This document shows positions 1-11,833 of a stretch of DNA of 64,000 bases, piece by piece. The DNA is taken from the NCBI GenBank assembly GCA_964016885.1, contig OZ024743.1:182652001-182716000 (forward strand), written 5' to 3'. Made by a program: the position numbers and the translations under genes. The notes beneath the pieces were generated by a model. It was not told the origin of the DNA. It was given only the letters and a program-made list of their open reading frames with translations, and made no database searches. How positions within the stretch are numbered: position 1 is the stretch's first letter; the number at the start of each line of letters is the position of its first letter. This DNA comes from Eledone cirrhosa. Lineage: Eukaryota.

Positions 1-10
1 CCCCCCCCCC

Positions 11-159
11 GTGCATTACTGGTGCTTTATTTTATCGACCCCATAAGGATGAAAGGCAAAGTTAACCTTGGCGGGATTTGAACTCAGATCGTAAAGCAAC
101 GTAACTCTATACTGCAAAGCATGGCATCCGACCCTCTACCGATACTGCCAATCCACCGC
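11..159 (-). mobile_element. tRNA-derived SINE, same family as 52563..52744
   Basis: Minus strand has A-box-like TGGCAGTATCGGTAG, B-box GAGTTCAAATCCC and central GCCTTTCATCCTTATGGGGTCGATAAAATAAAG; near-identical to the copy at 52563; decayed relatives near 2530-2680, 48480-48620 and 48670-48830. Confidence 0.8.
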
Positions 160-860
160 ATCTTGTCTTAAATTCATCCTGATATTATTCTGTGTCAGTA
201 AAAATTAAATCTGTGGAATTTGTTACAAGTTAATGTCCTAACAAAGGAATGACTTAATATAGTTGAAATTTGAAGGTAACTTGAGTCATAGACTTCATCT
301 GTAATTTGATTTAATACCACTATCTATTCCTTGGGTGCCTTTAGTGAAGTACCCTCTGTTGCAAGCATTTAGGTCAAGTCTTCAGTCTAAGGATAATTGC
401 CTCACTTTCTCCCAATAATCTCATAGACCTTGGAATGGGTTATGAGCACTACCCTTCCACTTCTGACTGCAATTTTTTTTTAAATACTTTAAAAATATTA
501 ATGGTGGAAGCTCCTTATTACAACCATGGATAATGTTATCAACTGGTTATTGCTATGAAAATGGGTGGTTTCAAAACTCTTTATTTGCTTAATGTTATCA
601 ACCAGTTATTGTTATTGAAAAGGCTTCACACCAAAGTGATCTCAATAACTGGTTTCCACTGTATGTCATTTATTTGAGATTAATTCTCAAGCAACATAAT
701 TTATATACAAGTATCTACTACATTCATCTTTATTAAGATGACCAAATACACTAGAGTTAATTCAGAACAAACTATATGGTTAAAATAAAGTTAATAAATA
801 TAAAAATGTTGAAAGTACAACATTGTTAATCTGATTTAATAATTGTGTGTTTCTTTGCAG

Positions 861-968
861 GGGTTGAAATTGAGCCAGCTGATGGAGACCCATCAGAAGC
901 ATACAGAATTATATTTGATATCACATTTTTCTTCTTCATCATTGTCATTTTGCTGGCTATCATTCAGG
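861..968 (+). CDS. RyR: Ryanodine receptor exon: end of pore loop plus S6 helix
   Basis: ttctttgcag acceptor and gtaagt donor; translates (G)[35 protein letters not shown](G), colinear with Ry[37 protein letters not shown]. Confidence 0.95.
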
Positions 969-1237
969 GTAAGTCAGAAATAATTCAATAAAATAACTCT
1001 TAATTTGAAAATATATTTCAATGTTTAGATTCTACTGAATGATATTTTTCTTGAGGGCCTTTTTGAGGCAATGTTTTAAGGTTAGATGCCTTTCTTGGGA
1101 GCCAATTCTTTTCGTTGCCTCTTATGAAACACACAGATATGGTATACCTTTTCTAAATAAGATATACATGGTACATTTAAATGAAAACTGTGTATTCTTG
1201 CAGATGAAGAGAATGTTGATCTAAACCTTAGGTATGG

Positions 1238-1800
1238 TGGGAAGATGAAACGTGTAAAGACATTCTGTTATCTGGGAGACATCTTGAATGGAGAAGGTGG
1301 ATCGGACTCAGTGACAGTAGCTAGAATGATATGCACATGGAAGAGGAACTGTGTGGAATGCTGAAAATGAAGGGGAAGGTGTATGCTGCATGTGTGAAAA
1401 GTGTCATAATTTATTGGAGCAAAGCATGGATGATGTATGAGAAGCAGCAGAGAAGTCTGGAAGAATGTAAATGAGAATGATTTGGAGGTTGTGAATAATT
1501 GCTCAGGGAGAAGGGGATGAACAATGAATTGAAGAGGATGATGGCAATAAAGCCAGTAATGGAATGAGATGGTTGGGTCATATGTTGAGTAAGGATGAGA
1601 GTAACTGTGTGATAGGAGTGATGGAAATGAATGTGGAAAGAAATAGAAGAAGGGGAAGACCAAGAAAAACATGGCTAAAGATGATGGAGGAAGAAATGAA
1701 AGCCAGAGGACTAGTGATGAGGCTTGCAGATGATAAAGCAAAGTGGAGAAGCTTGTCATTGTGCCAGTAAAGCTAACCCCTTAAGGGAGAATGGCCTTAA
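1238..1800 (+). mobile_element. Decayed RTE LINE 3' fragment in RyR intron
   Basis: Relic motifs FCYLGD, MRWLGHML and RRRGRPRKTW with frameshifts. Confidence 0.75.
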
Positions 1801-2395
1801 AATGCTTATTGCTTTTTAAATTTGACTAAATAACACTATCTATAAATATTTGTTTATTCATCGTATATATTCAAATATAAGACAACACCTTATTGCAAAA
1901 ATATGGGCAAAAATCCAAACACCATTTATAAGCCAAGGCAGGTAATCTCTATATGGTCACACAATCTGCTAGAAATGACAGCTAAATCTCCCACAGATCA
2001 CACTCCACTGAGAAAGATAGGTAAAAATATAATCCTAGATATCCCTAAAAAGATGGGATCAGAGTAGCCATATTGAGCTATAAATAGCAGATTACACTAC
2101 TGTTGTGGGATGAATGCAACTATTTATTTTTTTGATTTACTAGCAAAATTTTCATTTTGGGTTACACAATCTATTACTATTTGAAAATTGTGTGCTACTT
2201 TTTATAAAATTGATCTGGCAACAATCATAGTTGAAATGTCTTTAATCCTAGATATGCTCAGACAGGGCTGATCTGGAGTTAATCCATAATAACAACAATA
2301 ACTAGAAATATACAGCCACTGCAACATGTTTGAATATAATAATATTACTCGATACTATCATTCATGATAATATATGGCTTTCAATTCTGCTACAG

Positions 2396-2460
2396 GTTTG
2401 ATCATTGATGCTTTCGGAGAGTTGAGAGATCAATTGGAGCAAGTGAAAGAAGATATGGAG
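2396..2460 (+). CDS. RyR: Ryanodine receptor exon
   Basis: tacag/gtaaat boundaries, phase matches previous exon; (G)LIIDAFGELRDQLEQVKEDME. Confidence 0.96.
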
Positions 2461-3453
2461 GTAAATTGATTCTTTAAACCATTTCTACTGTCACTGTTTT
2501 AACCCTTTTCTTTTAGCATTTTTAAGATGGTGAAGTGGCAGTGTCAGAACATCAGATAGAATGGTTTGTGGTTTTCATTCTGGCTGTATGCACTCTCTGA
2601 GTTCAAATTCCACTTATGCCAATTTTGCCATTCATCCTTTCGAGGTCGATATAAAAAATACCAGTCCAGTATTGGGGTTGATTCTTCATTTATATCTTAC
2701 TCTCTCTCTCTCTCTCTCCATGAACCACTTTACTGAGTACGTTTATCATATAAATCACCAACACCAGGAGGTTAGCTGAAAAACATATATGTATACTAAT
2801 AGAACACCTGCTAAAAATGCTTAATAATTTATTGATTACAACATTCTATGTAAAGATATTTGAATCTTCAATTTTCTTGACCTTCTCCTTTTTATCACAC
2901 AAGCCATTTCTGTATTTCATTTTACATTCATTGAAATCAATTACAGTAATTTTCTTCCATATTTCTTTTAATCATTATCAAATATATATATGCACTAAAT
3001 TATGATGACTTTGCTTTTTTAAATTGCATTTGTGATAGTATTTTACACGTTTTTATTGTATGTAAACTTCCCCCCTTTGTATTTGTCCCCTTCTTTTGTG
3101 CCCCTGTGGCTAATAAAGAAATATATCTATCTATCTAACTATCTGCTATTGGGATTTGTGGTTTGTTGTTCTTAGGTCAGATAGACCATCAACTAGAGAT
3201 GTGGTTAGGTAGGTAGATATATAGCTAAATAGATCGATAGTTATGTATAGAACCAAGTAGATAAATAGACAGATAGATAGCTAAAAATAACAGCAGGCAA
3301 TCTTCAACATGAGACTACAACAGAAACTACACTACCATTGTGGTTAACAGTAAGATTGAACTCAGGAACTAAGCACTTAAACTACTTAACCACATGTCTA
3401 TTCCTGTGCTTATTTTAGAAATGAATGTGATTATTTCCCTATTTTGTTTTCAG

Positions 3454-3554
3454 TCTAAATGTTTCATCTGTGGTATCGGCAAGGAATTCTTTGACAAAGT
3501 TCCGCATGGTTTCGACACTCATGTAATGAATGAACATAATTTTGCAAATTATAT
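3454..3554 (+). CDS. RyR: Ryanodine receptor exon, C-terminal zinc-binding motif
   Basis: tttcag/gtgagt boundaries; [33 protein letters not shown](M). Confidence 0.96.
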
Positions 3555-3823
3555 GTGAGTACATTATCAATCACTTTTTCTTTTGTGTCAAATACTAACC
3601 TTATACAAAGCTCACCCAAGACCTTCAATGAAATATTGTTTCCCACATCTGGAACAGTAAATACAACACATATAGATATCCCATATATATATATACAACA
3701 CATACTAGACATCCTAGATATATATACAATGATATATATTACATATACAGGTATCCTAGATATGTATAAAATAATATATACTACACATCTATATAAAAGT
3801 ATATATATATATTTATTAAAATA

Positions 3824-3899
3824 ACAGATTAAAGTTTAAGCAAAGAATCGCTGCTTTCACCCTTAACGGGATCTTCTGAAACTAAAAACATCAATCTGT
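3824..3899 (-). ncRNA. Type I hammerhead-like ribozyme with variant core (copy A)
   Basis: Sense sequence ACAGATTGA-loop-AGTTT CAGAAGA TCCC gttaa GGGT GAA AGCAG cgattct TTGCT T AAACT t TTAATCTGT; three helices around a CxGANGA/GAAA core; repeated at 28934..29009. Confidence 0.65.
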
Positions 3900-4394
3900 G
3901 AACGCAGAAGTAAATATTTCGAAAAACGTTGCAACCGAAGGAAAACAGGAAGTCGATACTTTGGTTCGTGAAGACGTTCCCTGGCAATGAATGGAAAACA
4001 GTGAAGATAATACGTCATTATGTGGAGCGATGAGAACAATTACACGCAAAGACAAAACCACGTTTATGGTATAAATGATGTCGTAGACTAATATTCTATT
4101 TAGGAAACCGAATGATTCTCGGCTTCGGAGTTAAGAATAAAGTAAATAAATTAGTTGAACGAAAATGACAGAGGTTATTAAAATCAATAATAATTAATAT
4201 ATACATACACGCATCAATATATGTACAAACACGTGCATACATGAAACCACCCACCATGCATGCAAATACATGCACGTACACATTAACACGCGCACACATA
4301 CGTAAACCTGCACGACACCTGTACCCGCACACAGGCGAACGTATACACCAAATACACATAGAAAATATATATATATGTGTGTATACATATAATT

Positions 4395-6192
4395 ATCATC
4401 ATCATCATCATCACCGTTTTACGTCCGTTCTTCCACGCTTGCATGGGTTAGACGGGTTGTCCTGTTGTGGGCAGTGTCTGGTCGGCTGACCATGCCTTGC
4501 TCATACAGGAACTGATCTGGCTTGATTTCTACAGCTGGATGCCCTTCCTAACACCAACCTCATTTACAGTGAGTGCTGGGTGCTTTTTCGTGGCGCCTAC
4601 GCGTCCACTTTACAGTGTGGGCTGGGTGCTTTTTTGCCGTGGCACCTCCACGGCCACCTTGCGGTGGGGGGGGGGGGGGCATATTGTTTATATGCTTCAG
4701 CATGTACCCATGGGAGGTCGGGTACCCAGTATTACTGCGTGACGCCAGAAGTCACGGTCGTGTGTCATTGACTTTGAGAGGTGTAGTTGGGTAAGGTCGG
4801 CTTTTATCACCTCATCCCAAGTCATCTTGGGTCTCCCCACTCCGCGGTTTCCATCAACTTCTAGTGCTCTGCACCTTTTTATGCAGCTGTCATCCTTCAT
4901 ACGCATCACATGTCCATACCAGCGTAACCGCCTCTCCTGCACGCAGCATTTGATTCCTCTTATGCTCAGTCTCTCTCTCAATTCCTTTATGCTTTGTCGT
5001 TCACGTATATTACTGTTACACATCCATCGGAGCATGCAGGCTTCGTTTCTCTCTAATCTACGTAAGTCTTCCACCTTCAGCGCCCAGGTCTCACTACCAT
5101 GCAACATCGCTGTTCGGATACACGCATCATACAGTCTGCCTTTCATTCTGAGGGAGAAGCCTTTTTCAGCTAGCAGTGGTAGTAGTTCCCTAAACTTCTT
5201 CCATCCCGTTCTTACCCTAGTTATTGTACTTTCTGAGCACCCACCTCCGTTGCTAATTCGGTCACCTAGGTAGCAGAAGCTGTCTACTGTTTCTACAGGG
5301 CCCTCCCAGAGATTGGTGGTACTTGTTTCCTGTGGCTGTTTGCTTGCTGTTTCAGCACAGCTGCTGCATGTGAATCCTACATTCTTAATTAAGCTTCCTG
5401 AGATCCCGCTACATCTCTTGTGTACCCATTGTTTGCATTTGGGGCAGAGAATGGAGTTCCTACCTACACCTTTCCTACATACTGAGCAAGGCCATTTCCC
5501 TGAGGGGATCTGGGTTCTGTTTTCTCGTCTACTTACAAGGACCTTAGTCTTTGTCATGTTGACTTTGAGGCCCTTTCTCTCTAGTCCCTGCTTCCAGGTT
5601 TGGAATTTATTCTCTAGTTCTACCATAGATTCAGCTATGAGTGCGAGGTCATCAGCATACAGGAGTTCCCATGGGCATCCGGTCTTAAACTCCTCCGTTA
5701 TTGCCTGCAGGACTATGATGAACAGGAGAGGGCTAAGAACAGAGCCCTGGTGGACCCCAACCTGTACGCTAAATTCCTCGCTATACTCATTGCCAATCCT
5801 AACTTTGCTGACTGCTCCCCTATACATGGCTTGTACCGCTTTCACAAGCCATTCATCTACTCCTAGTTTTCTAAGAGCCCACCAGATTACTGCACGTGGA
5901 ACTCTGTCAAAGGCTTTCTCAAGGTCGACAAATGCCAAGTAGAGTGGCTTACTTTTAGCTAGGTACTTTTCCTGTAATTGCCTCACAAGGAAGAGGGCAT
6001 CAGTGGTGCCTTTCCCTGGTACAAACCCAAATTGCATCTCGTCTATATTCACCCGGTCCCTAATCAGCTGTGCTATAACTCTTTCTGTTACTTTCATGAC
6101 CTGGTCCATCAACTTTATACCTCTATAGTTTCCTCTATCTAGTGCATCGCCTTTACCTTTGTAGCAGTTGACAATGATGCTACTGCACCAAT
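4395..6192 (-). mobile_element. Young 5'-truncated RTE-clade LINE (RT, PHD finger, C-terminus, 3' tail) antisense in RyR intron
   Basis: Uninterrupted frame with YRGIKL, QFGF, FVDLEKAFD, GVHQGSVLSP, YADD, YLGD, RLRWYGHV, GRPKMTW; tail ends in (GAT)n; the first ~78 aa of the listed ORF are microsatellite read-through. Confidence 0.95.
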
Positions 6193-6608
6193 TATATAAA
6201 CGTATATAAATACACACACATAAATACATAAATAATGCACACACACACACATACCTACAGGTAAATACACATATGTTCACCATACGCATCAACCAAAACA
6301 CAAAGTACACATATACACACCTTACATACGTGCATACACGCATACACACATACACACACAAACACAAATACACATATACACATAACCATATACACATATA
6401 CCAGTATATATAATATAATATATACACCTAGAACAAATACAAGCCTATATATGTACGAGAAAGTATACATACCAACACAAAACATACAGGTAAGGTATAC
6501 TTACCTATACAAATGACAGCTATGGACACAGTTTTTCTTTAAATTAAATCATTAAAAACTTATGGCTTGTTGTTTTCATCTAATAAAAATCCTTATATCT
6601 TTTGATAG

Positions 6609-6660
6609 GTTCTTCTTAATGCATCTTATCAACAAACCAGACACAGAGTACACTGGACAA
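6609..6660 (+). CDS. RyR: Ryanodine receptor exon
   Basis: tttgatag/gtatgt boundaries; (M)FFLMHLINKPDTEYTGQ. Confidence 0.96.
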
Positions 6661-7310
6661 GTATGTTTTTCTTTCTGATTATTTGTTATTATTTTACTTT
6701 GTCACTCCTACTTGTATTATTTATGTTATTAACTTCTTCAAAGGGATTCCTATAATTAAACACATTCACTACCTTTACTAGTTTATTATTGTGTGTGTGT
6801 TTCTGTCTGCCATCTTTATCCATTGACATCCACTTTTCCTTTTTTTCATCTAGGATATGTTTAATAAAATACCAGTCAACTACTGGTGTCAATACATTTA
6901 CCCAGTGGCCTTGTTTATGTTAGAAATTATATGCATGGCTTTGAGCCTATGTTAGAAATTAATATTTCTTCAGTCATTATATTCCTTCTTCTCAAATCTC
7001 ATTTTTCATTTAAGTTAATTATTATATTCTGGCAAGTCAATGAAGGAGCCTCTATATGATCTCCCAGCCTGCTTGAAACAGCAGAACAATCTCCCTGAAA
7101 TCCCTCCATGTTGTCTTTAAAAAGAAAGGACATTGGATAATGTAGTCCTGGAAAACAGAAAAACATATTGGATGATAGGACGGTCATGGTCTCAATGTCT
7201 GCTATAAGATTTATCTGGATATATATTTCATCAAATTGCATTTTTCTAGAAATTATTGTTTTAATTATATGCTTTAATATATTGTGAAATTGGTCTTTTT
7301 TATGTTCCAG

Positions 7311-7409
7311 GAAACCTATGTTTGGGAAATGTATCAACAGCGCTGCTGGGACTTTTTCCCAGTTGGTGATTGCTTTAGGAAACAGTATGAAGATGAAGCT
7401 TCTAGCTGA
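7311..7409 (+). CDS. RyR: Ryanodine receptor terminal coding exon
   Basis: ttccag acceptor; [32 protein letters not shown]-stop, the typical RyR C-terminus. Confidence 0.97.
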   Translation, partial: ETYVWEMYQQRCWDFFPVGDCFRKQYEDEASS

Positions 7410-8305
7410 AAACAGAGCTGATCCATTTAACTGTGATTGATGTTAGGTAGTCTATCAACTACAGGTCAAGAGATGTTCTTACCCTAATGATGGACCACAG
7501 ATACCATCTGAATTTTATAAGACAAAGATAAAAGTATTTTGACAACAGACAATTTCTGAAACAATTACAACAATTATATCCACAAATAGAACATTTCAGA
7601 GCTGCCTCTGTAAGTTTGTGTGTATTTGTGTTTGAATATATGAGGTCTGGTATTCTGGAAGTAGCTTTAAATGTACATGTGGATCTGTCTCCAGCTATTC
7701 ATCATGGAGACTATAAAGCAGAACTGTGGCCAAACATACCTTAAAAGAAAATGCAAATATATACATGTATTTTAATTTTTGTGTTTGATAACAATACTTA
7801 ACCACTTTGATTCTTCTGATTCAAGCGCCCCCCCCCCCCCTCCCATCCTTCTTAATTGCAAATTTCTTTGAGATTTTAGTCCTTACCTTTCTTGGACCTT
7901 ACTCTTTTCTTAAATTAAACAAAACAAATTTCTGCACGTGTCAATACAGATATAAATCAAAGAAAGAAATGAAATATTGTTGAAAAATAAACAAACCCAC
8001 CAAATTTTCTTATGATAGATTTTTATAAGTATTTTTTGAACTATATGGAAAATAAAAATAAAAAAATCCAGAAAAATGGAGATATTGCTATAATTTGATA
8101 TTTAAAACTTTTACCCTGATTTTCCATTTATGAAGTTTGAAACGGAGAACTTCTGAATCCAGTTTGTAAGTTCTCAGGTCCAGCTTTTGTCCTTTTCAAA
8201 AATGAAAAACAAAAATAAAGATTTTAAAAATTGATTTTTTTTCCCCTAACTTATTGCATGTTTTCTGGACTTTTTTTTCTACCAAAATACTAGTTGTTTA
8301 TAAGT

Positions 8306-8308
8306 ATG

Positions 8309-8401
<93 letters not shown>

Positions 8402-8413
8402 TATATATATGTG

Positions 8414-8487
<74 letters not shown>

Positions 8488-8595
8488 ATGTGTATATATA
8501 TATATATGTGTGTGTGTGTGTTTATATATGTGTGTGTGTGAGAGTGTGTGTGTGTGTGTATATATATATATATTTATTTATTTATTTATTTATTT
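8306..8595. repeat. Compound (TA)n/(TG)n/(TTTA)n microsatellite, probably within the RyR 3' UTR
   Basis: Directly visible; AATAAA hexamers occur on both sides, so the UTR end is not resolved. Confidence 0.9.
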
Positions 8596-10404
8596 ACTAA
8601 TTGTGATATTAAAGTATTAATTAAGAAAATGACATTTTGGCAGATTGCATAGATATAAACTAAGTAATAGCTCAATACTGATTTGATAGTGTGATATATA
8701 TTTTTCAATAGTAGGTTTTCTTAGAATAGGTTAACAACTAGAAATAAAGTTATCTATATTTCTTTAAACATGATGGTCTATTATAATTAATATATAACTA
8801 CTCAATGGTTCCTATGTTTTTGTACCACAATTGATAAATTGTGGTGAAATAAAACAAAACTGCACTTGTGATATCATTTTAATTCCTTATGGCTGCAGCC
8901 ATTATAATACAGCAGTTACTTCTGGGAAACTGAGTTTGAAACTTGGTTTCAATTAGAACAGCTTCACTTATTTTTGAGAATGCCCCGAGTGAAAGGTACA
9001 AATGTTACAACTCTCCATTTCCCCTTCTTTGTACCTTTAACATTTCTTGCCTAATTAAGAAATAATTATTTTCACTCTCTTTCTTTGTTTCCATAAAAAC
9101 ATTTCTTCACTTTCTCTTCAACCACCATCCATTCCCTTCCAAAATGAAGTAAGGATGGACAACAAAGAAATTAAGAATATATTTTGTCACACTCTAACTT
9201 GTAAACTTATGAAACATTTCTTTACAAACATTTTATTCCATGAGTTGGCTGTTTCTTTGGAAATGTACCAAATAAACTTTCGTTGTTTGACTTGTTACAC
9301 AATATCTTACACAACTGTAATATTCTAACAACTAAAAGTCAAGACAAACTGATTAAAAAGTTGTTTAGAAATTATTTTGTCCAATCTTGTAATTTTTTTT
9401 TTTTTTCAGCTGCTAAGTATATTCCAGTGTTGTAGAGACCAGAACTATTGCATACATAATCAGTGCTTTCTTAGCTTCCATGTTGATGTCAAATTTTCTA
9501 AAAGTAGAAAGAAGGCTACAGGAAGATGCACTTATCTTGTAAGATGGTACTACTGGTGTCACAATGAAAAGCTCCCAGCTTACCCTGTGAGGTCATAATG
9601 CCAGAGTTACAATAACATGCTTTCCGTACACACAACAAAGTGATTGGCATTAGGAAGGGCATCCAGCTGTAGAAAACATGCTCCTAGTACATGCTGTAAA
9701 GTTATTGACATTAGGAACAGCATTCAGCCATAGAAACCAAGCCAAACAGGCCATACAAGCAGACCTGACACACAACAACCCATCTAACCTGTGCAAACAT
9801 GGAAAATAGACATTAACTGGTGATAATGATTACCAGTAGATCAGGATCAAACTATTTGTGATAGCTAGTGTATGACAATTCATGTGGTTAAGAAGGCAGC
9901 TTGACAATCATGAAGCTCAGGTTCAATCCCACTGCATGGCATCTGATACCATAGTCATATATTATCCCAAACTTTCACTGAGATTGAGTAGACAGAAAAG
10001 TGATTGGAAAGTCATCTGATTGACTGTACCTGTAATTCAAAAGCCAGATTTTTTATACACTGTATCATGCTGATTCTACCTAAATATTATATTACGAATA
10101 CATGTGTCTGAAGCATTAAATATTCTAAAATAACTACATACAATCCCTATATAGAGGTATGAGATCTGAGTAGTCAGCAGATTAGATTATTGGCACTATT
10201 TTTGTTTATTTTTTTAGTCTTTTAGATTGTATTGATTGTATTCATAGCCTTCAAATGCCCCCTGAAACTGGTAACTATGACGCAGTTAATATTCCTATTG
10301 AATGGTTGCCAGGTATAGGAAGAATCAGATATTTTATACAAGTGAAATAGCAATTGTAATTCTAATTTCAACCTTCAAATTTGCAAAAATATTAACCCCA
10401 ACAT

Positions 10405-11832
10405 TTCATCATCATCATTTTTACGGCTCTTTTTCCCTGCTTGCATAATTTGGACAGGTCCTTCTCAATACAGCAAATCTTACTTGTTGCATCCTTTCAT
10501 CAACTCTTCTGTGAGTTTCAGTGATTTGAGGTCAGCTCTCACAACCTCTGCCCAGGTCTTCCTTGGTCTACTTCTATTGCAGCTTACTACCACTCATGTT
10601 TCCTGGCACCTCTTCACCCACTTCAGATTCCTCTTAAACCCAGTTTCTTCCTCAACTCATTCAAGCTCTGCCTTTCTCTTACATTTACGTTGCACATCCA
10701 ATGAAGCAAGGCTACTTCATTTCTCTCCAGCCTACATGTCTTCTGCAGTCACTGCCCATGTTTCATTATCATGCAGCATTGCACTTCACACACTGACATC
10801 ATGTAGGGAGAAACCTTTTGTTGTTAACAGTGGGAGTCACTCTCTAAATTTCTTCCACGCTATCATTATTCTAGTTATTATGCTCTCAGAGTACCCTCTT
10901 CTGCTGCTAATTAGGTCACCGAGATAGAAGCTATTAACCACTTCGAGACATCCTACATGCAATTGGAAAAGATTTATATCATCAACACTCTTCTCCTTGA
11001 TTACCCCAGGGGATCTTTTACATACAAAGTCTTCTCTTCCTATTAGTCTACCTGTTATCCAACTCTTGCCACTATCATCATTTGGTTTAATGTCTTCTTT
11101 ACATGTCACAAGCATTGGACATTTTGGTAGCCTCTTTCAAATCATTTCTTCAGAGTTAGGTTTTAGTCCAGCTTCCAGGCTTATGTGAGTGTCCTCTTCC
11201 CATGTCTTATGTGGGTGCCCTCTTCTCCATCTACCAGGGTCCACAATTTTGATACATCGATGTATCTACCCAATTTGTCCTCAATTTTGGTGGCTCAACA
11301 CTCGCTACCATACAACAGCACAGATCGAACACAGACATTAACCATACTGCCTCTTGTTTCTGCTGTATCTGCCTTTAATTCTGTTACACCTTTTATGTAC
11401 CCAGTGCTCACATCCCTCACAGAAGAGTTGCTTCTGACACCAGAGTGACAAACACCACAAGGCCACTTTCTAGTTTCATTCAGCTTGCCCAGGTAGGAGT
11501 CATAGACAATAATTTTTGTCTTCTTCATGTTGACCCACAGACCCTTTTAATCCAGATTTGACTTCCTGACTAATAGTTTTGCCAGGAGTGTATCCAGGTT
11601 TTCAATGACAAAGTCATCTGCAAACAATAGTTCCCATGGGCATCCATTTCAGAACTCATGGAAGAGAGCCACCACAATAATGAAGAGCAATGGGCTCAAC
11701 GCAGACTCTTGATGTACACCAACTTCAACACTGAAGAAGTCGCTATATTGGTTGCCCACTTGCATTTTACATACATAGATTGCACAAGCTGGACAACTGA
11801 TTTATACCAAGCTTCCTTATTGCCCACCATAG
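10405..11832 (-). mobile_element. Old rearranged RTE LINE (RT and 3' part)
   Basis: Relics WWAIRKLG, CPWELLFADD, KWPCGVC, FYLGDLIS, WKKFRE and a (GAT)n tail near 10405. Confidence 0.8.
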
Positions 11833-11833
11833 T

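Noticed and set aside
4827-5942. Long plus-strand ORFs opposite the LINE, also at 30979-31873
   Set aside because: Shadow frames on the antisense strand of RT coding sequence with no independent motifs
861-7409. IP3 receptor as the identity of the channel exons
   Set aside because: [29 protein letters not shown] and a stop shortly after FRKQYED are RyR features; IP3 receptors continue into a longer coiled-coil tail
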